This document shows positions 9,178 through 18,557 of a stretch of 64,000 nt of DNA, piece by piece. Made by a program: the position numbers and the translations under genes. The stretch comes from a virus: IMG/VR virus record IMGVR_UViG_3300025598_000024, positions 32,001 to 96,000 of that record; one strand, given 5' to 3'. Below the pieces are notes generated by a model that saw only the letters and a program-made list of their open reading frames with translations, ran no database searches and was not told the DNA's origin. The first letter of the stretch is position 1; each line of letters starts with the position of its first letter.

Positions 9178-9206
9178 ATTATAAACGACTGCTGTCGCTG
9201 TGTCAA
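9178..9206 (-). promoter_or_regulatory. consensus SigA/sigma70 promoter
   Basis: TTGACA-17 nt-TATAAT upstream of ssb-like gene; -35 overlaps primase stop codon. Confidence 0.9.
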
Positions 9207-10240
9207 GCACCAACCGAACTGATTTGCCAGGCCAGTGAACCCACTGATTCTGGCACCTGCTCCAGTGTAGCAGGGTCATGCCCATCGGGTGTGTCAATCA
9301 CTCGCACCCTGGTGTATGAGGATAGCTCACGCACCAAATTCCGTGTAGACTTTCTGCCTGCCTCGTCACCATCCATGAAGATGGTAACACTAGAGAACTT
9401 GCGCAACAAATCAATCTGCTTGCCTTCCACCTTAGCACCAAACGTTGCTACCACGTTGTTAATGCCTCGGCTCTTCAAGACTAGCACACTCATCGGGCTC
9501 TCTACCACATAGATATCTTCCATGCTTTGCACGTTATCCATGTTGTACAGCCATGCTCCGCGAGGGAATCCCTTGCTGTTGCGATACTTGGGCAAGCCTT
9601 CTACATCCTGGATCTTTCTAGCGACCCAGCCGATCAACTTGCCATTCATGAAGTGTGGCAAAACAACCCTGTCCACTCTCACGCTGTGCTCCCCAGCATA
9701 TGAACGAGATACCTCAATCCTGTCACGGTCAACGCCGGTACGCATCTCTGCTTGTACCTGCTCGCTCACGCCACGATCAGTAAGGTAATCACAGGGCATC
9801 ACCCATCTGTTGATAATGGTATCACTATAGACTGGGATTTCTTCGCGCTTAACCGGTTCCTTATCGAAGACCCCCTTGAGGCGATTGGTGAATTCTTCTG
9901 TAGGAACAAGCCTTGATCCTTGCGACTCATTCCGTAGTAGTGCAACGGCATCGCTACGTGGCATTCCGAGCACGTTTGACACCAGCCAAGCCAGATCCCC
10001 TCCTCCGCACGTAAAGCAGTTGAAGAGAAGGCTGGATAGGTTAAGACTAGCTGATGGATTTGTATCTCCGTTTCGGTGGTTACCGAATGGTAGTGGGCAA
10101 CTATGTACGAGCTCGTCTCCTGATGGCGTGATATTTTGAGCACCGATAATATTGACAAGCACACTGTATCCATCCAGACCCGAAAGGTCTTCTTTAGGTG
10201 CTTTATCATATCGGTTACTCGCTAGCGTCTTCATACTCAC
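9203..10240 (-). CDS. dnaG: DNA primase (Zn finger + TOPRIM)
   Basis: CPLP..H..D.NPS..FNCFTCG; KYRNS; VVES; DGDEAG. Confidence 0.88.
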   Translation of the reverse strand: MSMKTLASNRYDKAPKEDLSGLDGYSVLVNIIGAQNITPSGDELVHSCPLPFGNHRNGDTNPSASLNLSSLLFNCFTCGGGDLAWLVSNVLGMPRSDAVALLRNESQGSRLVPTEEFTNRLKGVFDKEPVKREEIPVYSDTIINRWVMPCDYLTDRGVSEQVQAEMRTGVDRDRIEVSRSYAGEHSVRVDRVVLPHFMNGKLIGWVARKIQDVEGLPKYRNSKGFPRGAWLYNMDNVQSMEDIYVVESPMSVLVLKSRGINNVVATFGAKVEGKQIDLLRKFSSVTIFMDGDEAGRKSTRNLVRELSSYTRVRVIDTPDGHDPATLEQVPESVGSLAWQISSVGA

Positions 10241-11498
10241 GAACCACTCTTAGTGCAGTGCTATCACGAAGCTCGAATGCCATCATCCAGCTCTTTAAGT
10301 TACTACGTCGACTCTTCAGGATATCCAGTACCAGTGCTTCGTTAGCCTTCATCTCCTTGGTGCATCCAATTCCGAATGCCCAGTCAACGATCTGCTCTAC
10401 CTGGCTGCTCAAACCAATGTTCGCCAGGCCACCACGGCCCTTCTTGCTCTTCATGGCTTCACGGTTGAACTGAGCCAGCCAGACACTGGCCATGCCCATC
10501 TCTCGATTCACACTAGCAACATCAGTGATTACCTCTGCCATCTGCAGGCTCTGGAAGTTGTTGGCTGTACCGTAGTTCTTCTCAGTTGTGATCCAACTTA
10601 GCTGGTCACCCACCATCAGGTCAGCTCCCCAGTGCTTGGCCTTGCTGTACAGCTCCATAACACTACGTTCGTTCTTCTTGCTGGGGCTGTCGATCAACAG
10701 GTACTCACCGTACTCCATGACCTCTTCTCGAGCTTCCTTAAGTAACTTAAGTTCAGCAGGAGTAAGTTGTCCTCGCTCGTATCGACCATAGGGTACACCA
10801 CTGGCCAGACAGTCCAATCGCATCAGGGTAAGCTCCTTGCGCAGCTCCAGGCTGGCAAAGTACACACGCTGCTTGCGTCGTGCTGCTTCCAGTGCAATCT
10901 GTGCACCCACCCAGCTCTTACCAACGTTCGGGATACCAACCACCACAGCCAGCTCACCCTTCTGGATGCCGTACATGTGGTCATTAAGTTCATCCCAGCC
11001 AAAGTAGATGCCACGCTTTTCGGTAGAAGAGTTAGCAACGTTGTCGATGTACTCGTTGACCCGTCGCTCGTATCCCTGACCGTAGATCTCAATGCGCTCA
11101 CGGGTGCTGGTGTCGCTCTGGATCTTGGTCAGGCTGCTGAGTGCAATGTTGATGCCCTCTTCTGGACTCTCTTCCAGCGCGTTAGCTGCCTTGAGCAGCA
11201 CGCTCTGTGTCATTGCCTTGCGGTACTTGGCCATTAGTTCTTCGATCAGAACACCCACCAGGTACTCCTGCTCTGGCCATTCGTTCCTGGCAAAGTAGTC
11301 AGCGAACTTGGTCTTTAGGAAATCTTCTGTGATGGTCTGCTTGAACTCGCTACGGATGTAGTAGTCCAGGCTGTAATCGAACAACTCCTTCACTCCTTCA
11401 TCGAAGAAGTGTTCACTGCGCACGCCCTTATTCCAGATATCGTTGAACGATTCCAGGTTGACAAAGTGTCTAACAAGGCTCTTCTCAATGTCTGCCAT
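10215..11498 (-). CDS. dnaB: DnaB-like replicative helicase
   Basis: GELAVVVGIPNVGKS, SLEL, DQL, AQFNR, EQIVD. Confidence 0.9.
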   Translation of the reverse strand: MADIEKSLVRHFVNLESFNDIWNKGVRSEHFFDEGVKELFDYSLDYYIRSEFKQTITEDFLKTKFADYFARNEWPEQEYLVGVLIEELMAKYRKAMTQSVLLKAANALEESPEEGINIALSSLTKIQSDTSTRERIEIYGQGYERRVNEYIDNVANSSTEKRGIYFGWDELNDHMYGIQKGELAVVVGIPNVGKSWVGAQIALEAARRKQRVYFASLELRKELTLMRLDCLASGVPYGRYERGQLTPAELKLLKEAREEVMEYGEYLLIDSPSKKNERSVMELYSKAKHWGADLMVGDQLSWITTEKNYGTANNFQSLQMAEVITDVASVNREMGMASVWLAQFNREAMKSKKGRGGLANIGLSSQVEQIVDWAFGIGCTKEMKANEALVLDILKSRRSNLKSWMMAFELRDSTALRVVREYEDASE

Positions 11499-12298
11499 CA
11501 GATAATCTTTCTTACTTGTCCGGTCTTAATCTCATCCAGCGTACGGTTGCGTGCAAACTCTCTGTAGTCCACACCATCCATGTTGTGTACGATCATGCGT
11601 TCCTTGAGCAAGGAGAAGATAGCACTACCATAGCCCTCGTTCAACTCTTCGATGGTCATGTTGGTGGTGATGAACGTTGGACGGTTGTCTAGCGCACGCT
11701 GACGCAACACATGATCAAAGGTTGCTTCGCTCAGGTTGTTCTTGGTACGAAACTCCTTACCAATGTCATCCAGGAAGAACACGTCGCTCTTGACCACCTT
11801 GGCCTCAAAACGCATCTTGTCCTCGTTGCTACCCCAACCACGTGTGAACTCGTCAACCATCTGAGTGAACGTGGCGAAGTATACATCATAGCCAAGCTTG
11901 ACCATCTCCTTGGCAATCAGGCTGCTGAGCAGTGTCTTGCCAGTGCCCCAGCTGCCGGTGTACATTACACCCATACCACCCTTGATGAAGTCACGGTGCT
12001 GGCTAAGGTAAACCTGTGCAAGATCACGTGCCTTCTGGTCACCGTGGAAGTCAGACCATCCCAGGCGCTGGTAGTTCAGGCCAATACCTGCCAGTAGATA
12101 GTGCTTGTACAACTGCAGCTGTGCCTTGCAATCGCCGCAGATTCTGTCCTCACAAGTAGGGCACCCAGCCTTACTAAAACTATCAAACTGTGGGTACTTT
12201 TGCTCTAGGTAATCCTTGTCACCATCGTTCAAGAACTGATACGTGAGATCCACGTAGTCCTTGCCCCAATCAAATAGCGAATCTGTTAAGGAACTCAT
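11498..12298 (-). CDS. DnaC/IstB-like helicase loader AAA+ ATPase
   Basis: GSWGTGKT, FLDDIGKE, PTFITTN; N-terminal Cys cluster. Confidence 0.85.
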   Translation of the reverse strand: MSSLTDSLFDWGKDYVDLTYQFLNDGDKDYLEQKYPQFDSFSKAGCPTCEDRICGDCKAQLQLYKHYLLAGIGLNYQRLGWSDFHGDQKARDLAQVYLSQHRDFIKGGMGVMYTGSWGTGKTLLSSLIAKEMVKLGYDVYFATFTQMVDEFTRGWGSNEDKMRFEAKVVKSDVFFLDDIGKEFRTKNNLSEATFDHVLRQRALDNRPTFITTNMTIEELNEGYGSAIFSLLKERMIVHNMDGVDYREFARNRTLDEIKTGQVRKII

Positions 12299-12734
12299 CG
12301 GTTGCCATTATCCCTTCTGTACTAACCCTGTTTTCTTTCTTGATCCGGTTCTGCTGCAGCTCGATGTACAGCTTGTCCTGAATCCACTTGCTGCCCTTGG
12401 TGAAAGCTGTGACTGTCAATACCATGTTGTCCAGTTTGCCAGCATGCTTGTCAAACAACAGCTCGATCATTGGCCCAGCGTCAGCGCCGTAGCGTTCGAT
12501 AAAGCTCTTGAAGATAGCGATCTCCTTCACCCACTCTACAATGTACTCGAAGCCGTGTGCTTCCTTGTAGCGGTTGGCAAAATATAGCAGCAGCTCTTTG
12601 GCTGTAGGCGCTGCCAGCGATACTTCAGTTACCAGCTGTTGGATGTTGTCGGGCTGTTCCAGCTCTTCATAGTCATCATAGCTGTCGCTGTCGTAATCGC
12701 CGGGCTGTCCATCAAACGTTTTCTCGCTTACCAC
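12270..12734 (-). CDS. hypothetical protein in replication block
   Basis: ORF tiling. Confidence 0.6.
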   Translation of the reverse strand: MVSEKTFDGQPGDYDSDSYDDYEELEQPDNIQQLVTEVSLAAPTAKELLLYFANRYKEAHGFEYIVEWVKEIAIFKSFIERYGADAGPMIELLFDKHAGKLDNMVLTVTAFTKGSKWIQDKLYIELQQNRIKKENRVSTEGIMATDEFLNRFAI

Positions 12735-13083
12735 GGTTCGTGCTCCTTACTGCGTTGAACTCACTTGACCTGCCTGCAAACGTACTGATCTTATCATTGA
12801 TCCAGTTGCGCGTCTCACTGTCATAGTCATCCAGGTCACGGCCTGTCGGACCAATCGCTGACACATTACCACGGCTGATCAGCATGAAGCGCCACTTTAC
12901 CTCAGGCACTTCACGGTCTAGCTCTTCGTGCCCATAGATCTGAATCCAGTTCTCGTCCAGCCCACACAAGAAACCCTCGTAGATGAAACCATCGCTGAAC
13001 ACTCTGATCTCTTTCTTGCGTGATGACATGATGGCCAGATTCCTTTCGAACATCTGATCATCGGGTTGTGCTAACTTACTCAT
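12712..13083 (-). CDS. putative Sm/Hfq-fold protein
   Basis: IRVFSDGFIYEGFLCGLDENWIQI (Sm1-like) and MLISRGNVSAIGP (Sm2-like). Confidence 0.5.
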   Translation of the reverse strand: MSKLAQPDDQMFERNLAIMSSRKKEIRVFSDGFIYEGFLCGLDENWIQIYGHEELDREVPEVKWRFMLISRGNVSAIGPTGRDLDDYDSETRNWINDKISTFAGRSSEFNAVRSTNRGKRENV

Positions 13084-13088
13084 GATAT

Positions 13089-13343
13089 TTACTTTCCTTC
13101 CGGGTTTTCCCAGTTGATGTTACCGAACCACTTGTCGAATACATCTGGACCAAGATCAAAGTCCAGCTTTTTTACTCTGCTGTTTGTTTGCTTTGGCTTG
13201 TAGATGTGCTCAACAAGATTGTATGCAGCTACAAATGGCAGCACAACAATGAACACTGGCAGAGTGATGATGAATAGCAACGTCATAACCACCACCAACC
13301 ATACCTTGATTATTGCACTGTTCTTTTCTAGCATCTTAAGCAT
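13089..13343 (-). CDS. membrane protein
   Basis: Long hydrophobic N-terminal stretch. Confidence 0.6.
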   Translation of the reverse strand: MLKMLEKNSAIIKVWLVVVMTLLFIITLPVFIVVLPFVAAYNLVEHIYKPKQTNSRVKKLDFDLGPDVFDKWFGNINWENPEGK

Positions 13344-14387
13344 CTATTCCTCCTCATATTTTACATAGATTTCAAAATCATCAACAATATCATACTGTTC
13401 AAAAAAGTCTGGGAACTGCATGTCACCGATCTCACAAACTCTTGGCAACATCATATCACACACCTCATCGAATGTATCGTCATCATCGTAGTGCACTGCA
13501 ACAGTGCTGATACTGTCCCTGTATTTTACAATGAACTCTTTGATTTCTTCAAGGTCATTCACCTGTACCAGCCTGACATCACCATATAGTGGTTCAAACA
13601 GATCCTTATCACTCAACCTGCTGACTCTCAAATAGTATGACGCATACTTGGAGTTAATATATTTTTCTGTGAAGTCGCTCTTACGAGTAAATGGCAGCTT
13701 ATCTCTGTACTCTTCTACAGCAGTAGAAAATACTGTGACCATACATCCGCTTATCATCTTGATAATATCTTTTGTTATGGGTCCAATGACAAAATAAAAC
13801 TTTGGAGCAAGACGACCATGGCCATAGTAAGCCACGAAATCAAAACAGATCTCAGCAGATAGAACGTAACTTATATCCTCAGACTTGATAATGCCAAACG
13901 AAAATCGCTCCGGGTATTCCCACACAGCTCTGTCAACTGTTTCATAATCACGGTACATGCTTACAGTATTTTCATTACCATAAACAATAATATCTGTCGC
14001 ACGCTGCAGAGCGTTGAACCATCTGTCACTCAGGGCCATGCCTTCGAAGAATGGTGTGTGAACATTATATTCTATTCCATCAGCATGATGCTCTAGAACA
14101 TTCTGTGCCAGGAACATATCATCCAGGTGAGGGCTTCTGATGTCAATGCTCTCAGCACCAGATAACTTAGCACAAAGAAAGATGCTCTTAGCGAATACGC
14201 CTGGGTTCTCGTCGCCACCAACAATAACAAATCTTCTGCCTGACGGGGTGAGGTCCTCTTCAAAGATGCTTGGTACTTCTAAGCTTTCAAAAAGCACGCG
14301 GTAGTCAGACGAAAGAAACCTGCCATACTGTTCTAAGACAGTTGCCATGTCTAGTGAAGGGTTGACGACCCAGCTGCTATTCAGCAT
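13344..14387 (-). CDS. LuxC-like acyl-CoA reductase fold protein lacking the catalytic Cys
   Basis: IIVYGNENTV, RFSFGII, DFVAYYGHGRLAPKFYFV, RVCEIGDMQFP. Confidence 0.6.
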   Translation of the reverse strand: MLNSSWVVNPSLDMATVLEQYGRFLSSDYRVLFESLEVPSIFEEDLTPSGRRFVIVGGDENPGVFAKSIFLCAKLSGAESIDIRSPHLDDMFLAQNVLEHHADGIEYNVHTPFFEGMALSDRWFNALQRATDIIVYGNENTVSMYRDYETVDRAVWEYPERFSFGIIKSEDISYVLSAEICFDFVAYYGHGRLAPKFYFVIGPITKDIIKMISGCMVTVFSTAVEEYRDKLPFTRKSDFTEKYINSKYASYYLRVSRLSDKDLFEPLYGDVRLVQVNDLEEIKEFIVKYRDSISTVAVHYDDDDTFDEVCDMMLPRVCEIGDMQFPDFFEQYDIVDDFEIYVKYEEE

Positions 14388-15360
14388 CCAGGTGGCCTAG
14401 CTCACGAAGGAACCGGTCACGTGACAGGTTCTTTGCCTTGCTCTCTGTCTGGATATCGAACTGTGGCATGAAGGTGCCAGCCCACTGGACCAGCGCACTG
14501 TTGGTGTAGTACTGGCTGTGTGCTCGCATTGCCATGCGGTTGTGACCATCGCTGAGCATTTGTGCGTGGTCTGGAAGAGCATCGGCACGGTAGTTATCAA
14601 GAATGTTTTCACGAGGCGAGCTGAAGTGGATCACTGGTCGTTGACCACGCCAGCTATCGATAACCATCTGCACACGTGGGTCATCCGGCTGAATGAACTC
14701 TGCTTCCTTGACCCAGTGGTGGTGGATATCCAGCACCAGTGCGCAGTGCTCTGCCAGCTTGAGCGATTCGTCAAGACCCCAGCTGATCTCGTCATTCTCG
14801 ATGGTGATCACGTTGCGTGCTTCTGTTGACAAACGTGGGAGAACATCGATAATGCCCTGTGCACCCTGCGCGCCGCTGATGTGCACGTTGCACTTGAAGT
14901 CCTGGAACTTTTGTCCGTATCCCATCCAGCGGATCATGTCACAGTGGTACTCGAACTCATGGATGGAACGCTCTACCACATCTTGCTTGTCACTGGCAAG
15001 CACGGTGAACTGACCTGGGTGGAATGACAGGCGAACGTCAAGCTCACGTGCCAGGTCACCGATCTGCTTGAACCTGTCAGCAAGAATGACTTGAATGTCT
15101 GGCTTCTGCCAGAACTTCTGCCAAACCTCGTGAGTATACATGGGCAGAATGTCACTGCCCAGGCGAACCATACGGGTGATCTCTGGCCCTGCGCCAACGT
15201 TACGGATCAGCTTCTCAATGGCTGCCAGGTTGTGGTGCATGATCTCACGCATACGGATCTCAGCATCACGCATGGTCTGGCGGTTAAGCCAGGCAACTGT
15301 GGTGGAGCGCATGTTGCACTCGTCGTCACCGATGTACTTACAACAGAATCCTACTCGCAT
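14377..15360 (-). CDS. uvsE: UV DNA damage endonuclease
   Basis: RLGSDILP, RLSFHPGQFTVLAS, IENDE, LDIHHH, RAHS, ESKAKN. Confidence 0.92.
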   Translation of the reverse strand: MRVGFCCKYIGDDECNMRSTTVAWLNRQTMRDAEIRMREIMHHNLAAIEKLIRNVGAGPEITRMVRLGSDILPMYTHEVWQKFWQKPDIQVILADRFKQIGDLARELDVRLSFHPGQFTVLASDKQDVVERSIHEFEYHCDMIRWMGYGQKFQDFKCNVHISGAQGAQGIIDVLPRLSTEARNVITIENDEISWGLDESLKLAEHCALVLDIHHHWVKEAEFIQPDDPRVQMVIDSWRGQRPVIHFSSPRENILDNYRADALPDHAQMLSDGHNRMAMRAHSQYYTNSALVQWAGTFMPQFDIQTESKAKNLSRDRFLRELGHLDAE

Positions 15361-15365
15361 GTCCT

Positions 15366-15716
15366 CTACTCCATCACGTTCCGGCCCTTGCGGTAACGCA
15401 GTCGGTGTTTCTTGACTGGTTCCTTGAAGGCATCTACTCTTAGCACTATCAGCCTGAGCTGTCTGTCCGTCATCTTATCAGCTCTTCGCAGAGCGTGTGC
15501 AATCCTGAGGATATCGTTCAGACTGTACCTACGGCGATTGCTTTCGGTGCGGTGAGCGACAATGGGATTGGCCTGATTATCAAACAGGTACTTCTCTTTC
15601 TTTCTGAGGGCGTTGGCTGTCATGTCAAAGAATGCAGCAGCCATCGTGGTGTTGAACAGCAGTTCATCATCCCGAATGGGGATGACCCTCTTTCTACTAC
15701 TTGAGCTTTCTGACAT
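15366..15716 (-). CDS. MerR-like HTH DNA-binding protein
   Basis: TTMAAAFFDMTANALR...RTESNRRRYSLNDI; start set at MSESS. Confidence 0.7.
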   Translation of the reverse strand: MSESSSSRKRVIPIRDDELLFNTTMAAAFFDMTANALRKKEKYLFDNQANPIVAHRTESNRRRYSLNDILRIAHALRRADKMTDRQLRLIVLRVDAFKEPVKKHRLRYRKGRNVME

Positions 15717-16371
15717 ACACAGCCGTCTTGATCTTGCCAGGCGTAGCTGCCTTGACAATCTGCTCCATGCCAACTGTGCCCAGGGCCAGTTGCTTTTCCA
15801 GAGCTTCTTCATTGAGCTCGTACGTGGTGGTCTTGCTCATCTCAACACTACCATCAGCGAACTCAGTGGTGGTGTGAGTAGTGACCATATTGGTCACGCT
15901 CTTGAACTGTTCTGCATCCAGCACGGTCTTGAGCAGATCAACATCCACAGTAAGCTTGCCACCGCTGACTTCCTTGCTGATCTTGATACCGTTATCAGGA
16001 CTGACCAGAAAGCCACTCTTCTCTGATGGGTCATCTCCGGTAGCACTGATGCGGTAGTTGATAATATCAGTGGCATACGCCTTGAGTGCGCTCTCACGGC
16101 CTTCGATTAAATCCTTGGCATTACGCACTGCGACAAGTTCTTCTGCCATGAGATCGATCTGCACTGGCGTGGCATTGCTGACAATGGTGGTATCAGTCAT
16201 GCCGATGATCTCGTACACGCTGGTAAGCACACCATCAATGTCAGCCAGGTTCACGTTCTCTTCGCTGAGCTTGCGGTTTGCAGCACGACTGGTGAGTGTT
16301 GATTCTTCTGGTACCAAGCTTGGGATCAGCGACAGCTTTTCGTCCTTGCGCTTTGGCATGATGTACTTCAT
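15697..16371 (-). CDS. hypothetical protein
   Basis: 224-aa ORF with GGAG RBS. Confidence 0.7.
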   Translation of the reverse strand: MKYIMPKRKDEKLSLIPSLVPEESTLTSRAANRKLSEENVNLADIDGVLTSVYEIIGMTDTTIVSNATPVQIDLMAEELVAVRNAKDLIEGRESALKAYATDIINYRISATGDDPSEKSGFLVSPDNGIKISKEVSGGKLTVDVDLLKTVLDAEQFKSVTNMVTTHTTTEFADGSVEMSKTTTYELNEEALEKQLALGTVGMEQIVKAATPGKIKTAVYVRKLK

Positions 16372-16381
16372 TGTTTTCTCC

Positions 16382-16951
16382 TTACTGGATTTGCTCTACT
16401 TGTAGAGACCTTGTAGTAGTAACCCACAACGGGCCACCAACTCCTAGTGCTGTCAGTGTAGCACGTCTTGCTGCTTCAATCACATCACCCTTGGTCCATG
16501 GCCCGGTGTTACCCAGGCTTCCAAGGGCTTCGCTGATGCCACTACCGATAGCATAGCGCCCACTGGCAGGGATTGCAACACCAAAGGAATCATCAATCAC
16601 TGCCAGGTTGTTTTGCCAGGCCATGATGATGCTACCATCAAAACTCTCGGTGCGCTTGCTCACTGACATAGCTCCATGATACTGCAGTGCTTCACGCATC
16701 CTGGTGACAACTTCTTTCACCATAAACTCTTCAACGTCATGGTCATCACGGAAGTGTGGCCAGTCTACCCAGTGCTTGATCACCTGCATGGAACGTACGT
16801 TACCACAGCCACCAAAGATAAACCGATGCTGCGGTGCTACCCACAGCTTGCTCGAACCATCATCATCCTTGGTGTAGTCCCAGGTTAGTTCGGAATCACC
16901 AACGATAACAACACCATCTTTACGCGTGATTGCAGCAGCGATAACAGTCAT
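16382..16951 (-). CDS. Ntn-hydrolase (HslV/proteasome beta-like) protease
   Basis: N-terminal Thr after Met, GDS, K33-equivalent (SSKLW), YAIGSG. Confidence 0.75.
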   Translation of the reverse strand: MTVIAAAITRKDGVVIVGDSELTWDYTKDDDGSSKLWVAPQHRFIFGGCGNVRSMQVIKHWVDWPHFRDDHDVEEFMVKEVVTRMREALQYHGAMSVSKRTESFDGSIIMAWQNNLAVIDDSFGVAIPASGRYAIGSGISEALGSLGNTGPWTKGDVIEAARRATLTALGVGGPLWVTTTRSLQVEQIQ

Positions 16952-17784
16952 AGGTATTCCTTCTTTAACCTTTCCAGGTATACTCTACAATAGTCTACGT
17001 TTTCTTCTTTAGCAGTCAGGCAACCGTACACCCTACGGTTATCAATGATCTGTGGTATGCCATAGATTCTCAGATTGTAAGCAAACGTTATGTACTCGCA
17101 ACCTTCGGGATGACCATTCTGGTAGCTGACTCTGTCAAACACATCACTGCGTATAAGATATGTACAGTGTACTATACCCACCTCGAACAGTCCAATAATC
17201 TGCCGTTGCAAAATAGTATAGTAAAACGTATCAAAGTCACCGTTTGTATTGTGGGTATCCCCACAGTCCATCACAGTTACATCAAAGTTGCTGTATGTAG
17301 AGTTACTGGGGAACGGGCCGGACGCTTCATTCTCATCGCATGCATAGCTTAGCATGGGAGCGATCACAGGCATGTTGGCTTCTACCATAGCATCCAGGGT
17401 TTCTGGAACCAGGAAATTGTCAACGTCGCTAGTAAAATAATAATCACAGCCTTCTTCTACAGCTGCGATAAAGCCTTTGGTACGCACGGCTCGCATAACA
17501 CGCTGCCTGTCAGCATTCCATTCATGAGTGGTGTATTTAGTTATAGGAGCTTGTAGATCATAGTCTTCAAATATAACTTTTTTGTACAGGTCAGACACTT
17601 TGGCTGTCCACTCTGACAGGATCTCACGACTTCTATCCTGGTTGTTATTAGTCTTAACATAGAGAATGATCCTATCCTTAGGATAGGACCACTGCTCTAA
17701 TGTTTCCAGGTAGAACGGTAGTGTATGTTCCTTGTCCTTCACTAGGACATGGACAAGCACTAACGGTTTAGTACTCATAGTCAT
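16948..17784 (-). CDS. GT-A glycosyltransferase, COLGALT/PLOD-like
   Basis: YPKDRI.LYV.TNNNQD, DYYFTSDVDNFL.PETL, PVIAPML, YSNF, VHCTYLI. Confidence 0.75.
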   Translation of the reverse strand: MTMSTKPLVLVHVLVKDKEHTLPFYLETLEQWSYPKDRIILYVKTNNNQDRSREILSEWTAKVSDLYKKVIFEDYDLQAPITKYTTHEWNADRQRVMRAVRTKGFIAAVEEGCDYYFTSDVDNFLVPETLDAMVEANMPVIAPMLSYACDENEASGPFPSNSTYSNFDVTVMDCGDTHNTNGDFDTFYYTILQRQIIGLFEVGIVHCTYLIRSDVFDRVSYQNGHPEGCEYITFAYNLRIYGIPQIIDNRRVYGCLTAKEENVDYCRVYLERLKKEYL

Positions 17785-18070
17785 CCGTCACTGGTGCCAG
17801 GTCACTGTCGGGGTTGCGTTCGACGGGAGCTGGTTCGCTAGCAACAGCTGGCTGCTGCTCACTTATAAGTTCTTTGACAACGCTGGCGAACTGTGGCCCA
17901 ACAACGTCATCCCACATGGCAGAGAACTGGTCTTGCAAAGCATCGACTACGATCTCACCATCAACCAGCTTGATCTCACAGCCAACCTCTGGCTTGATCC
18001 AGTCCCACTCACCTTTGGAGTTGCGCACCTGAAGAGTTGCGCCAATACTTACATTAAGCTTCAGTTCCAT
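17768..18070 (-). CDS. hypothetical protein (MELKLNVSIG..., 100 aa)
   Basis: Start at 18070 with GAGGA RBS; truncated paralog at 20420..20524. Confidence 0.7.
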   Translation of the reverse strand: MELKLNVSIGATLQVRNSKGEWDWIKPEVGCEIKLVDGEIVVDALQDQFSAMWDDVVGPQFASVVKELISEQQPAVASEPAPVERNPDSDLAPVTDDYEY

Positions 18071-18437
18071 TTTCTTCCTCTGTTCCTTTGACGTAGTTGA
18101 TGAGGCTAAGGGCATACAGTGCCCTGTCGATGATATCACCATCAGGGGTAGGACAGTGCTCAAGGTATCTATCCAACAGTTCTGAGAGTGAACTCTCCAG
18201 CTTTTGGATGCCTGCCTCATAGAAAACGTATTCGTTAACAGTAACTATCTGCTGGTCTTCTGGTAGTTCAGAAAAATCTTCTGGCTCTTCCAGAAGAAAT
18301 TCTTTTTGGTTCTTGCTCATCTTTCTGATCTTGTTGAATAAATAGATGCCAGCAATGCTTTTGCCAATGCCTTCCATCTTGCCCTTCACGTCAGCTGGCT
18401 TGTAATCCATGTCCAGCTCATACTTGTATGGTTCCAT
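18054..18437 (-). CDS. hypothetical protein
   Basis: AAGGAG RBS. Confidence 0.65.
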   Translation of the reverse strand: MEPYKYELDMDYKPADVKGKMEGIGKSIAGIYLFNKIRKMSKNQKEFLLEEPEDFSELPEDQQIVTVNEYVFYEAGIQKLESSLSELLDRYLEHCPTPDGDIIDRALYALSLINYVKGTEEENGTEA

Positions 18438-18462
18438 GTTGCTCCTTACTTGTTGTTAATGC

Positions 18463-18552
18463 TGGCGGAAGCAGTGGGATTCGAACCCACGGAGCGCTTG
18501 CACACTCAACGGTTTAGCAAACCGTCCCATTAGGCCACTCAGGCATGCTTCC
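18463..18552 (-). tRNA. tRNA-Ser(GCT), encoded CCA
   Basis: GGAAGCA/TGCTTCC acceptor, ACGGT-TTGCTAA-ACCGT, long variable arm. Confidence 0.93.
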
Positions 18553-18557
18553 AGACT

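Noticed and set aside
3267-11498. Inteins in RecA, DnaE, DnaG or DnaB
   Set aside because: Protein lengths are normal; no C...HN splice motifs or LAGLIDADG blocks seen.
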